64,000 bases of DNA from Azolla caroliniana (Eukaryota; Plantae; Polypodiophyta): NCBI GenBank assembly GCA_043228905.1, contig JBHGNT010000016.1, positions 16,058,001 through 16,122,000 on the forward strand, written 5' to 3'. Each line of letters opens with the position of its first letter. Position 1 is the stretch's first letter. A program made the position numbers and the translations under genes. The notes below the pieces were generated by a model. That model did not search any database. It saw only the letters and a list, made by a program, of their open reading frames with translations, and was not told the origin of the DNA. Of this stretch, positions 47,550 through 60,106 are shown one piece after another.

Positions 47550-48384
47550 ATTGGAGTGGACGCTTCGTTCGTTATCCGAGCCCGACTCAAATGCTGAGAA
47601 CACTTTTGAGTCTCTGACGCTTGTTGCTAGACTCTACAATATCGACTCGGCATCTTGCAAACTGCTCAGGCTGCTTCCTTCGTTTAAGCGTCATTGATTT
47701 TGCAGTCGGGTTGTTTCTTCCACGACCCGCCGAATCCCTCTAGGAAAAGACCGATCCTACCATATCTCCTCTACCGCCTGCTACTAAGCCTTCCGCCTCC
47801 CTAATTATTTGGCTAATCTTATCGCTCGTTCGGCAACGGCAATTGGGTCATTCGTCTATCTAAACATCCATCCCCCATTGTTCGCTACGCTTTGTAGTAA
47901 CTGTGATTACCAAAACTATGTTTATCCTGGGCTGAACTTAGCCACAAACACAAGGTGTATGCTTCAGAACACTTCTCCAAAGGGGTGGTTAGGATATGGA
48001 TGTATTCCATTGCTTATCCGATACCAATCTGGCTACTTCCGGATTGCCTTCCGGATTACTGAATACGTATCCGATTAATGATAACATGTGTAAGATCAAT
48101 AGTTCAAGCATAGAACGGCAAGTGCACAATAGAAACAATAGATTTAAGAACAACACACTAATCTTGTATTACTTCCGTTAAACTTATACATCGATCCGGA
48201 TCCTTTTATAGGCATCCGGTGGGAATTACAAAACAGTGCCTTACCGGCTACCAGCTATCAATCGGTGCAAATCCGGATCAATACAACTATCTGGATCCAT
48301 CCGTTCCTATAAAATTACTTAACTAATACTTATACTAATAATTATACCCCGACTCGTCCCCGTTCACACTACTCTTCCAGAACA
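47550..48384 (-). mobile_element. 5' LTR (47919-48384), PBS and gag start of a family A/B relative
   Basis: Minus-strand LTR end CCCTTTGGAGAAGTGT..CACCTTGTGTT..AAACA matches family A; spacer TAGTTT plus TGGTAATCACAGT; gag start DPIAVAERAIRLA. Confidence 0.78.
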
Positions 48385-48419
48385 TACTCTTAGGGCCAAT
48401 AGAAAGAAGGAGTTCTTTG

Positions 48420-49072
48420 ATAGAATTGGAATTCGGTTATCATTGAAAACAACATATAATCTTGAAGCAAATGGAAAGATAGAAAAAGGTCATAGACTAA
48501 TAGCTAAAGCACTTGCAAAGTCGTTCAAAGGTAAAGTAGGTTATTGGTCAAAGGTCTTTCCATATGCATTGTGGGCGGATAGGACCACACACAGTTCGGT
48601 GATAGGATATATGCTGATAGAGCTCATGACAGGGCAAATGCTACCATGGGAATCGGCGATGAGTAGAGAAGACTTGCTAGCTGTTTGTATTCGACAACTA
48701 CAATGTCAAGCAGAAGATGTAGAAAAGGCTGCTAAGAAATTGAAGGAAGCTCAGATAAAGAACAAAGCAAGATTTGACAAAGTAAACGAACTACGACCAT
48801 GAAAGATTCAAGAAGAAGATTGGGTTTTGGTACTGGATAATAGCCTCGAGAACTAGTATAGTACAATGAGGAAGTTCACAAAACGGTGGTTTGGGCCTTA
48901 CAGAGTACGCAAGGTGACTAATAATGTTACCTACTACCTGAACAAGTTGGACAAGACTGAGATACAAATGCCGATTGCAGGAAAAAGAATAAAGATGCAA
49001 AGGATGCTCACGAGGATGAAGGATGCAAAGGATGCTCAAGAAGATGGTGGTTTGCTGAACCAAGACAAATAG
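48420..49072 (+). pseudogene. Gypsy integrase C-terminal fragment
   Basis: TTYNLEANGKIEKGH, PYALWADRTT, KFTKRWFGPY. Confidence 0.75.
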
Positions 49073-49377
49073 GAAAATAAGCAAAGGAAAACACAAAAAA
49101 CAAGAAAATGAAGAAGTTAAGGTGGTCTATCTCAGACGTTTCTTTGCAAATAGAGGTTGTGAGTTAGAGTCCTCCCAAAACAAGTTCTTTTGGTAAACAA
49201 GCTTTGTAAGATAAGATTAGTAAATATAAAGAGAAAGAAAGTTAAATTAATCGTGAAAAAGAAGAGCCTTCTCGACTTCTTGCCATCATACTATCTACAA
49301 TTACGCCTTGTCATCCCGATCACCCCCAAGTCATAGAACCCCGACGGTTGTGACACACAACCACAATCTTTACGACA

Positions 49378-52174
49378 CCGCTTAGTTTCAACTTCTTGGT
49401 CCCTCATAATGAGCTCTCCTCTTAACTTTATAGGCATCTACAACTCATGCAAATTGAAATAGTAATTCTTTCTTTCAACATGAACCTTTACTGATATACC
49501 CAACACCTCTAGTGTCAACAAAATGTTGATAAGTGTCTCCATCTATCCACATACTCTCATTTGATCGATTGAAATTTGGATATTGCCTCACGTAGTGTAG
49601 ACAAAATTCAAACCTTTGACCTTTCCAAGCCCTTGCAAATTGAGTTATCTTTTTGTTGTTTTAGGTTCATCTGGTCTCATGATCTTCTGTCATACCTTTT
49701 TCCTATCCTTATAACTTTCATATATCTAGAGTTTTGATGCCTTTTCTCCCATACCACATCACAAGAATGCTTTTATTATTAAATCTTATGCATAGTGTAT
49801 AGAATATAAGTAATAGTGCATCCCTATAATCGACCCTTTCAATGTAAGATAAAGTACTATTTGGTTTCAATGTTTTCCATTGATAATATTTTTAACTCTC
49901 AAATTTAACAAATCATGTTTCTTTGAGGATATAAAGTGAACTTCTAAAGTTGTTGAAATGACTAAATATCAAATTATCTTTTGTATTTTTTTCCCTTTTT
50001 TCCATTAAAAACAGTGATTTGCATTAGGTAGCAACAATATAATAATATAATATCATATTAATACAAATCCCATGATAAAGACTTTGACAAGTCAAGTCAA
50101 GAAAGCCATAAGAGTCACAAACATACACATAGAATAGGGTATGAGGCAAAGCTTGGAGGTTTTGTCATGGGTTGAATGTGACAAAAAAGTCAAAAGTTCA
50201 AATTATTCTACGTAAAGATATAGACGCCTTGGGTTGGAAAATGAACCAAATAATGAAGAAGCTAGAACGATAATAAAAATCAATATGCACATAAAGATAG
50301 AAAGAATGAAAAGTTTTGCATGTCAATTGTCTAAAACACAAGGACATTACAACTAATTTACAACTACTAAAATAGTGAGCACGTAGTCAATACACGAAAA
50401 TAGACCAATACATAAAGTGTCTGTGTTCTATCAAGGCGATGTTTATGAGAGTTTGACCTATAGGTATAGCTATCAAAAACTTCATGTCATGGGGAAGGTC
50501 TGTAACTATAATTCCTGTTGTTGCCTCTACACTTACTATAGGAGTCCGGAAAATACAACATCCTTCTTATAAGAGTTTCTTTTTCTACAACAATATCTCA
50601 ATTCTACAAGCATTGAACAACTAGGAAGAGGTTTACAATTGATGCACAAGCATTTACTCCACCCCTTAATTCCTATTTTTGATAACTTGACAATCATTAG
50701 TCATATTAATCATTAATATCGGGTGTGTAGCTACCCAAAAATGATTTCCATATAGATAGTATCTTGTTACTTCCTTGTGCACCCAAAATCTCAAATAGTT
50801 ATGTTCGTGACCTATGAACCATTATTGTGTAGAAGAAAATTACCTAGTCACAAATGAATATGGCTATTTCAGTGAAGGAGATTGTCACACATATTCTTGA
50901 GGTATGTTTACTTGCGTGTGTGACCTATAGTATGTTACCAAATGGCTTTGTAAATTGCTATTTATTACCAATAGATTTCTACACTAATTTGACATAATTA
51001 AGAAGTTAAGAAAGTTTGTACATGAAAAGGGCTGTCCCAAAATTTCACTTTTGCTATTTATGAAAGCATTAATGCATATGTAAGTAACTAATGTTAAAAC
51101 ATTATTTGCCGAAAATTCTAATTTGGTAGTATGTCAAAACTATATCCTTCACATTGTTGCATTAGAGCTCCTTATGCAAATAAAATAATAAACCCTTCTT
51201 TTGGCATGCACCTTTACTTATCTCAACAATGCCTCTAGTGTGAGCCACATGGCAATCATCATATCCATCCACCTCCAATGCTCTTGTTTGACCGATTGAA
51301 ATCCACAGATTGCCTTTCTTGCGCTGAATAAGATTCGAACCCTTCACCTTCTTGTTCTGAGAGTAAGATCTTGCTATATATTTTTATTGTTGAAGATCCC
51401 ATACTATCTTGAGGACCTTGTGGTCATAGTTTTGTGCTATCGCATATAAATATCTAGAGTTTTGATGCCTTTCCTACTATGAGCAAACCACATCACGACA
51501 ATGCTTGTATTATTAATTCTTATTTTCAGGTTTGATCTATATGATTAAGGTACTATAAGTAATATTGCATCGATTGGATTCACTTGTCATGGAATTCAAT
51601 TTTTTCGATTGATAACATTTTTAATTCTCGAATTCAACAACTGATATTTCTTTGCGAAAGATATCAAAGTACTCTAAACAAAGTTGTTAGGTCACTTCCA
51701 AAGTTGTTAAAATGATTTAGATGTGATATTAATACAACAATTGCAATCAACAAGACTTAAGAGTCAAGAAAGCCATGAAAGTCACAAAAATAAACATATA
51801 ATAGGGGGCAACATTTTGTGTCCATATTAGAAAATTCAATGCAAGAGAGAGAGAGAGAGAGAGAGAGTGAGTGGGACCAAGGTGGTCATGGGTTCAACCC
51901 CTACATTCCACAGTGGCATCTAGTGAAATATAAGAGTATATGAAGTATATAATAGAGAGCTCAGAAGATTGGGTTTCAAACCCAGGACACAATGCTTACC
52001 ACTAGGGTAAGGTACTTACGAAAAAAGAGAAGAGAGTGGGGACATCATTTTGGATCACCATTTTGTCACTGTCAACATTTTTGAAGATGAAACATCACTG
52101 TCCGTAACTTTTACTGAAACATGTGGGTTATATATAGACCATTCATTACACATGTGTGTGATATAGGAGAGGGT
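49378..52174 (+). repeat. Upstream part of segmental duplication unit 1 (paralogous to 60107-62631)
   Basis: Collinear from CCGCTTAGTTTCAA to the TATA box and start codon. Confidence 0.88.
52129..52138 (+). promoter_or_regulatory. TATA box of the receptor kinase gene
   Basis: TATATATAGA about 40 nt before ATG 52175; identical in copy 2 near 62584. Confidence 0.55.
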
Positions 52175-55100
52175 ATGGTGATGGAGCGCTTGGCTACTAA
52201 TAATAGTGAGGATTACCATGGGGGCTGTTGCTATGGAGACCTACTTCATGTCGTTTGCACGGCCATGTGCTTACTCACGTTGCTTCTGCCTCTAACATCC
52301 ATTCCTCACGTGGCTGCTGACGCTAAAAACTTAACTTCTTATCTCCCCTCCTCCAACGCGAACGACAGCCTCTTCTCCTATTCCTCCATTGATGACGGCG
52401 ACTACTTTCGAAGCTTGCAAATAGGGTTTTCCGGCACCAGTCTACATTCCTGCAACAACGACTCAGACATTCTAGAAGCATTGAGTAGCCAGGAGAGGCT
52501 GTATGGTCGTTCAGCTAGGGTTTTCTCCTCGAACACTGTCAACTTCGAGCTCTACTTCGTCATCTCCGAGGATGAGATCTGCACCAGCAATGCGAGCACC
52601 CCATCCTACTACCTCTCCCTCGTCGCCTACATTTGGAACAGAGCACCACATGACTTGAACAGAGCGAAAGTGGTGTGGACGGCCAACGTAGGCAACCCTG
52701 TGGGCGAGAATGCCTGCCTCCACCTCAGTCCTCAAGATAGCAATCTCAGGCTCGTGGATTACGACAGGAAGGGGTTGGATAACGTGGTGTGGCAGACGAA
52801 TACGCCCGGTCATGCCAATGCAGCCCTGACCGTCACGTATGAGGGAAACATGGTCCTCTTCACTAACGCTACAGATCCTGGCGACGCAACACTCAAACAG
52901 CAGATACTGTGGCAATCTTATGAGCATCCCACCGACACGCTCATGGTCTTGCAAGCCCTTCGATACGGGACGAATCTCACCACCCCTACCACGGAATCCG
53001 GAAATAGCAACAAAACGGCCATATTCACGCTCCTGATGGAGGAGGACGGAACCCTTGCACTCTATGCCCAGTTTCAATACAAATCCTTAAGTAGCATGTA
53101 TGGATATCGCTATTTGTCTCTGCCTCTGAATGGTACACAGGAATCCAATGGCCCCTATAGTCATGCAGCAGCAGTAGCATTGTGCTGGTATCCGGAGAAT
53201 CCAAGTAGTCTCCAATTGGATATTGTTCAACCAACAACCAACGGGTTAGTAATAATTTGCAATCAATTCCCTCCAGAGTTCGACATACTAATAGTAGCTA
53301 AAATCTCATTGATAGATAGATTTGGACCTGTTTTTTTATCAAAATTATACAGATCTGACGGAATTTCAAAATACAACCAAATGTCGCCGCAGGCCTGCAG
53401 CAGGCGCTCTAGTGAATCTCAGAATGTATTAGTTATGTTCGCAGGTAAACAAGGCACCATCTCTAACATAACATATGCCACATTCCTCAGGCTGGAGAGT
53501 GATGGAGACCTTCACGCGTACACAGTCAATGTAACCAAACTTGATAACACCACTGCAGTTTGGAGAAACTTTCCCAGCCTCTTCGATGGCAGCTCCATAA
53601 ATCCATGCCAATTGCCACTTTTCTGTGGATTCTATGGTGTATGCGACAAGCAGATGGGAAATTGCACACAGAATTGCGGTGGGTCGAATGAATTAGAGCT
53701 TCAGGATTCAAACAACAATGCCAAATTAGGCTGCAAGTTCAAGGCCGGTTATGGAGAACCATACCCTTCTTCTTGTGGTGATGGATCTAATCATAAGAAA
53801 CCGAATTGTTCAATCATTGTAGGAGCTAGCTACTTCTCTAGTGCTTTCCTCACTCCCAACCAAACCGGAATCATCAATGCTCAAGACTGCTGGGAAAATC
53901 ATTGTAAGGACAACTACGCTTGCACGGCCGCATTCTGGGAGTCAAAACTGAATGGCTCTTGTTTCCTCATCCAGGGTCCCATAGCTACCATCATATTCAA
54001 CGCTTCTGCAACTAAGGATGAATTCATGGGATACTTGAAATTCATGGAGCACGCAACACCACCTTCTCTAACCAAACCCATCGAAATAGGAGTATCAGTA
54101 GGTATCTTTGTGCTTATCATCGTCATATTGGTGGGTGGAGGATATGTGAACAGGAGACGAAGATTACAAGCTAGAAAACGGGAAGATTACGAGATCGAAA
54201 AGGAGCTCCTGGGCGACGCACTTCTGGGCTCGAAGCCCCAACGATTCACATGGAAGGAGATGCACGAATACACATGTGGCTTCTCGGACCCGCTCGGGGG
54301 CGGTGGTTTCGGCAACGTCTTCCGAGGAGCTATGGACGATGGCACGCCCATAGCCGTGAAGCAACTGATCGATGGAGGTGAACAGGGTAATAAAGAGTTC
54401 ATAGCCGAGGTCTCAATTCTGGGCCGGACTCACCATCTTCAACTGGTTCGCTTGGTTGGCTTCTGCCTAGAAGGTGCCACCCACAAGCTACTCGTGTATG
54501 AATACATGGAAAACGGATCTTTGGATGCTTGGATCTTCACTGAAACGCCCAAACTTACTCCAGAATCTGAGGAGATCAAGGCCGAAAAGCAGAGAGCGAT
54601 CTTATCATGGGAGCGCAGGTTTGCTATAGCCCTGGGTACTGCAAAAGGCTTGGCGTACTTGCACGAGGAGTGTGAGGACAGAATCATACACATGGATCTG
54701 AAGCCGCAAAATATACTCTTGGGAGCCGATTTATTCCCTAAGATATCGGATTTCGGGATGTCCCGAAGAGTGTTACGGGACCAACAGAGTGCAGTGGTGA
54801 CCATAATGAGGGGAACCCCAGGGTACTTGGCGCCTGAGTGGCTAACAGAGGGGGCCATCACCGAGAAATGTGATGTGTACAGCTACGGGATTGTGTTGCT
54901 GGAGATCGTGAGTGGGAGGAGAGTGAGAGATTGGAGGGCATTGAGGAAGAGGCTGGAGATGAGACCGAATCGTGGAGAGGGTGTGATGGAGCTGGTGGAC
55001 GAGAGGCTCATGAACTATGGCATGGGTGCGAAGATATATGATGAGGAGCAAGCCATGAGGATGGTGGAGGTGGCCATGTTGTGTGTGCAAAGCAATCCTA

Positions 55101-55387
55101 GGAGCCGGCCAAACATGAGCAGTGTGGTGGAGATGCTGGAAGGGAATGTGGGGGTCATTCCCCATGCCCCCATTGATGATTACGAGCAGATGGGGCTCTT
55201 TCCAAGTGAGAAGATCACGAGGAGGAGAGATGGGCTAGAAGAGCTAGACCTAGATGGAGAGTCTTGGAAATCCGGAGGCAACTCGACAATGACGAGTAAA
55301 TCGAGGAAATCAATTTTTAATAGCAGGACATCGTATAAATATGTGGAAATGTCGAGGTCCGAGGAGGAATACATGGATGCACTCTAG
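52175..55387 (+). CDS. G-type (bulb) lectin S-domain receptor-like Ser/Thr kinase, SD2-like, intronless, non-RD
   Basis: Hydrophobic signal segment; VVWTAN..NPV, VWQTNT, LWQSYEHPTDTL, FLRLESDGDL; EGF-like CQLPLFCGFYGVC; PAN-like Cys region; TM IGVSVGIFVLIIVILVGG; LGGGGFGNV, AVKQL, HMDLKPQN, DFG, GTPGYLAPEW. Confidence 0.93.
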   Translation: MVMERLATNNSEDYHGGCCYGDLLHVVCTAMCLLTLLLPLTSIPHVAADAKNLTSYLPSSNANDSLFSYSSIDDGDYFRSLQIGFSGTSLHSCNNDSDILEALSSQERLYGRSARVFSSNTVNFELYFVISEDEICTSNASTPSYYLSLVAYIWNRAPHDLNRAKVVWTANVGNPVGENACLHLSPQDSNLRLVDYDRKGLDNVVWQTNTPGHANAALTVTYEGNMVLFTNATDPGDATLKQQILWQSYEHPTDTLMVLQALRYGTNLTTPTTESGNSNKTAIFTLLMEEDGTLALYAQFQYKSLSSMYGYRYLSLPLNGTQESNGPYSHAAAVALCWYPENPSSLQLDIVQPTTNGLVIICNQFPPEFDILIVAKISLIDRFGPVFLSKLYRSDGISKYNQMSPQACSRRSSESQNVLVMFAGKQGTISNITYATFLRLESDGDLHAYTVNVTKLDNTTAVWRNFPSLFDGSSINPCQLPLFCGFYGVCDKQMGNCTQNCGGSNELELQDSNNNAKLGCKFKAGYGEPYPSSCGDGSNHKKPNCSIIVGASYFSSAFLTPNQTGIINAQDCWENHCKDNYACTAAFWESKLNGSCFLIQGPIATIIFNASATKDEFMGYLKFMEHATPPSLTKPIEIGVSVGIFVLIIVILVGGGYVNRRRRLQARKREDYEIEKELLGDALLGSKPQRFTWKEMHEYTCGFSDPLGGGGFGNVFRGAMDDGTPIAVKQLIDGGEQGNKEFIAEVSILGRTHHLQLVRLVGFCLEGATHKLLVYEYMENGSLDAWIFTETPKLTPESEEIKAEKQRAILSWERRFAIALGTAKGLAYLHEECEDRIIHMDLKPQNILLGADLFPKISDFGMSRRVLRDQQSAVVTIMRGTPGYLAPEWLTEGAITEKCDVYSYGIVLLEIVSGRRVRDWRALRKRLEMRPNRGEGVMELVDERLMNYGMGAKIYDEEQAMRMVEVAMLCVQSNPRSRPNMSSVVEMLEGNVGVIPHAPIDDYEQMGLFPSEKITRRRDGLEELDLDGESWKSGGNSTMTSKSRKSIFNSRTSYKYVEMSRSEEEYMDAL

Positions 55388-55639
55388 CTCAGTGATCATT
55401 TATACAATAAGAACAAGAAGAAAGAGATGTGATTTTGATAGACTATTCAATAATACTCATGGTATTTCTCATGTATAATAATAATTTTTTTTCAAAAAAA
55501 GAATTCACTCCATTAGTTAAAATGTCATTCAGTACACAAGTAGTCCTTGCCTACTTCCATATGGGCGATATCACTCGTTTATCTTACACATCACCTGCAT
55601 TCAATAACCCACATGTTTGTTCTCAATGTATCTCATGTC

Positions 55640-56880
55640 ATTGACGCCCCTCTTTCACCCAATGGGAGGGGGAGGGGCAAACAACCATCTGGGTACTACG
55701 TACTTCCATCGTATACCCATTCCACCTTTTGCAACCATTGATGTAGTACATCAACATTTTTTGAAATTTGGCCTCATTAGTTCGGAAGCATCATTTGTTC
55801 CATTAATCTGTTCATATTGTGCCCTCAATGTAGTTATTAATGTGTGCCATATTAGCTTAATAGATTCAGTTGGACGTCATTTGTTTGCGGAAAATACCCT
55901 GGTACATTTTGTCGTCCATATGCACCATATGATAATCTGTGCAAGTAACATCTATAGATCTCCAATTTTCTGCTTCTATGCACTAACTATAGGTGTCTTG
56001 TTATCAATGATCAATCGAATAGTTCCATTCTCCCCTTTGTACATTGCTTTGCATGTGCTATCAAATTTCTCCACATCATCATCAAGATAGTTCCAACAAG
56101 AAGTTTCCAACAGAATGTCTCTATTTGAGGTTAAATGAGCTACAGGTATGGCATATCAAACTTAATGCCCTTCCCCATACAGTCATTGCCTCATGACATT
56201 CCCATTGACAATGGGAAATGCTTGTTTGTTATCCACATGAACTACAAAACCATCAAGTTGTTTCATGTAGATCCCTTCATCGATATCACCATGCAAAAAC
56301 CAGTCTTTACATACATTTGGTACAACTCCAAATTAAGCATTGCAATGAGAGCAAATAGCACACGAAGTGTGGTCATCTTCACAACCACAATACCTTCCTT
56401 TTTGAAAGTCAATCCCTTCCTTCTGTGCATAACCCTTGGCAAGTAATGTTGCCTTATATATTGTTTTCTCTTCCATTTTCTTTACCTTATAAATCCCCTT
56501 ATTTGGAAGAGCTTTCCTTCCTTCGAGTAAGGACACAATATCCCAAGTATCATTTGCATACAAAGATTTTATTTCTTCTTGCATTTCAAGCTCCTTCTTG
56601 CATTGCTAAGTTCACTGACATTGCCTCCTTATAAGTAAGAGGTTCACCCTCATCTAACAGCATGACATAATGCAAAGAGGGGTCATATTTATATACCTTT
56701 CTCCTTAAACGATTAGACCTACGTACCCAATGATTAGTATTGAGTGGAAGGTTCGGAATTGTTGTTGGCACTATTTCTATGCCTCCGATTCTACTCTTGT
56801 CGGTAGCCACTATTGCGTGCCGATCCACCTCATCCTCCACGCCCACGAGGTCGACCCACTTGCGTGGTTTTCTCTGACCA
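55640..56880 (-). mobile_element. Strongly decayed Copia RT/RH fragment
   Basis: EPLTYKEA, MQEEIKSLYANDTWDIV, LAKGYAQKEGIDF; left limit uncertain. Confidence 0.65.
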
Positions 56881-57964
56881 TCAGCATTGATTGAAGGTCG
56901 ACGAAAGACAATGGTTTCTCCCGGGTGTAAATCACTGTCCGGACAGGCCCGTACCTCGGAGCTAGACCACCAAGGCAGATCTACACCATCTCATCTTTGT
57001 CCACCGTCACGTTGATGGATCCAAGCACATCCCAAATCCCCTTGATATTGGTGGTGTAGTTCGTAACGGATATGTCTCTCTACCGAATGTTGTTCAACTC
57101 TTGCCAGAGTTGTAATTTACGGGCTATGGTACTGGCGGCGAAAATCTTTTTGAGATTTTCTCACGCCTCCTTCGGCAACTTCGCGTCTTTGATGTAGTCG
57201 AGCATCTAGTCATGCACACATAATGCGAGGCACTACAGCACCCTACTCGCTCCTTGTTCCAATGTCGGGAAGTCCTTGCGTGTCGGATGTAGTGCTACTT
57301 CATTTGCTCCCTCGACATAACTCCAATACTCGTGCCCTAACAAGTAATGGTGCGTCTTGTATGACCAAGATGCGTAGTTACTCCTTTCGAGCTTCTCTTT
57401 CGGAAGTGAACTTGCTATCCCTCTGTCCATATCTTCTCCTGTCTGTTTTACCAGGTGTTAGGTCTAGGTTTGTCTTTGATGAACCACTTGTCGGCAGTAG
57501 AGGATGTCCTATCCCTCGCGTTGTGATACCATGAAAACGATAGTGCGCGGAAGCTAAGACAACCGGCTTAGTTGGATAACAGTAGAAAGTTGAAACACAG
57601 AGGTTTAATGGAAACCTTGAACACACATACGTAGGAGAGGCAGAGTTTAGCGCAGAACAATAAACTTCATTTTCCAAAATTACTCAAGGACTCTATACAT
57701 TAGACATTCTACTTGTAAACACTTTTTATACAATTCCATAAAGGACTAACTGAAGTACTGACAAGTACTTCAATGACTGTACCGAGCTACTGACACTAAC
57801 TTCAAGAACCTTAACTACCTAGTGGTGTAGAGTGTGGGCCTCTAACGGCCTACTAGTTCAAATGTGGGTCCGACTCTCTAATCTGGTTCTTCGATCTAGT
57901 TCCTCCGATTTAGCTCTCGGCTTATTTAGCTAATCCATCCCACGTTGAGCTTGCTTGCTCAACA
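56880..57964 (-). mobile_element. 5' LTR (57532-57964), PBS and gag start of a relative of Copia element 1
   Basis: LTR starts TGTTGAGCAAGCAAGCTCAAC; PBS TGGTATCAC; gag MDRGIASSLPKEKLERSNYASWSYK. Confidence 0.85.
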
Positions 57965-58532
57965 TCAATATTATCCATTGATAACATTTTTTATTTTCAA
58001 ATTTAATAAATTGTATCTCCTTGTAGAGGTATAAAGTGAACTAAAAACTGTTCAAGGTGACTTCCAAAGTCATTGAAATGACTAAATGAAACATTAATTC
58101 AACTCCCATCATAAAGACATTACTGGATCATATCAAGAAAGCGTTAAATGTCACAAATCTTTACAATTGTCATGACTCTAACATGACAAAAAAGTCAAAA
58201 GTTGAAACTATTCTATGAAAAGATATAGATCCTCCTAACCTCAGGTTGGAAAACAAACCAAATAGTTTAGAATTCTTGAATCATAATAAAAATCAATATG
58301 GATAAAAAGACAGAAAGAATTAAAAGATAATTGCAATACTTATTTTCCATCATCGTCATTAGAGTAGAAAAATCTTCACGTTATGAGCGGTACCTCGAGG
58401 GACGTGAAGTAAAGTCGGTGGGATTGCTTGAAAAAGTGCTCGTAGATTGCTTTCTTTATGGGACTCAAGTTTATTCTCCTTAGCATCCCCATTTGGGTGT
58501 GGTAATTTACATTATATACGACCATTTCTAGC

Positions 58533-58563
<31 letters not shown>

Positions 58564-59250
58564 AATTATAATCAATATGCACAAAAGGACTAAAAGAATG
58601 AAAAGTTTTCTGTGTCAATTTTAACATTTTTTATTCTCAAATTCAAGAAATCGTGTTTCTTTGTGAAGGGTATAAAGTGAACTAAAAACTCTTGGTTTAT
58701 TCTCAAATTTAACAAATCGTGTTTCTTTGTGAAGGGTATAAAGTGAACTAAAAACTCTTGGAGGTGACTTCTAAAGATGTTGAAATTACTAAATATCATA
58801 TTAATAAAACTCCCATGATAAAGACTTTAAAGGATCACGTCAAGAAAGCTATAAATGTCAAATACCTACTTCAAGATTTTTTCATGGACTCCACATGACT
58901 TAAAAGTCAAAAGTTGAAACTATTCTATGTAAACATATAGATCCCTCCTAACCTCGGGTTGGAAAACAAAGAAAATAATTGAGTATTTTGGAATGATACT
59001 AAAAATCAATATGGATAAATAGATAAAAATAATTGTAAAACGTATTTTTTATCATCGTCATCAGAGTAGACATCCTTTATGTGAAACATGAGCAGAACCT
59101 CAGGGGATGTAAAGTAATGAGGGCGGGATCACCTCCAGTCATTGAGTTTAAAGTGCTTGTATATTGGGTTTTTTTATGGGACTTAAGTTTATTTTCCTCA
59201 AAATCCCCACGTGGCTATGGGAATTTACATTTATATGCAAATATATGTAT
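57965..59250. repeat. Two tandem copies (~600 bp) of an AT-rich module also present upstream of both kinase genes
   Basis: TCAAATT.AA.AAAT.GT.T.TC.TTGT...GGTATAAAGTGAACT...AAAAGTCAAAAGTT..GGTTGGAAAA recurs near 49890, 57990, 58630, 58700 and 60600. Confidence 0.75.
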
Positions 59251-60106
59251 CTAGCCACACACACACACACACATATACATATATATATATATATATATGT
59301 CTGTGTGTGAGGTGTAAATAGATAGGCAAATGTATATGGTATAGAGTATGTATTTTATTGCTAACACAATGATATTCTGAGAGAAGAAGTCTATAAATGT
59401 ATTTTCCCAAAATGAGGAGATATTACTCGACTAATGAGCTTTCCTAGATTGAGGTGAACGCTCTAGTCTCAAGGTTTCTTCAAAGCTCAAGGAAAGGTGT
59501 CCTTTCTTGTGGCGTTGAAAGAATGTTTATGCTCGAAGCAAGAGTCACGCCATTATTTCATGACATAAATTTTAAATAAACTTAATTGGACCCCTTATTT
59601 CTTTGAACATTGTTGAATGAAAGAGATGCCAGTCACGATCGACATGGTGGGCTCCACATTGATCATCCAAGCATTTGTTTGGAGGTCGGAATCATGTTCC
59701 TAAAATTTAATTGCAATTCTTCAAGTGATACATTCACGATGGTTCAGCAAGCCATCAAAGGTGGTATCCCGAAATTCGTTTCTTCGAAAGTGTCCAAATT
59801 CACGTGTTTGTCAGTATGAATATGCAACATGACCCTAGAACGATTACGAATAATAGGAAAACGATGAAATTACATGAAATAAATACTTGTCAGTATTAAA
59901 ATCTCATATTGCAATAAATTATTCAAATTCAATTCAAATAAAAATAAGGAGAATGGTCAACTTCCTTTACATGGAGAGGCATGTGTTATCAGTAACATAT
60001 AAGTAGTATATGCATAAGAATTGTTTTCATGAAGAGATCCTTGCTTTTAGTTCATAGACCCATGAGTGACAACTTCTTGAGCTTCGAGTAATTCTTTCAC
60101 AGAGTT

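Noticed and set aside
52121-52174. Kinase start at ATG 52121
   Set aside because: Lies upstream of the TATA box and is out of frame in copy 2; 52175 or 52181 preferred
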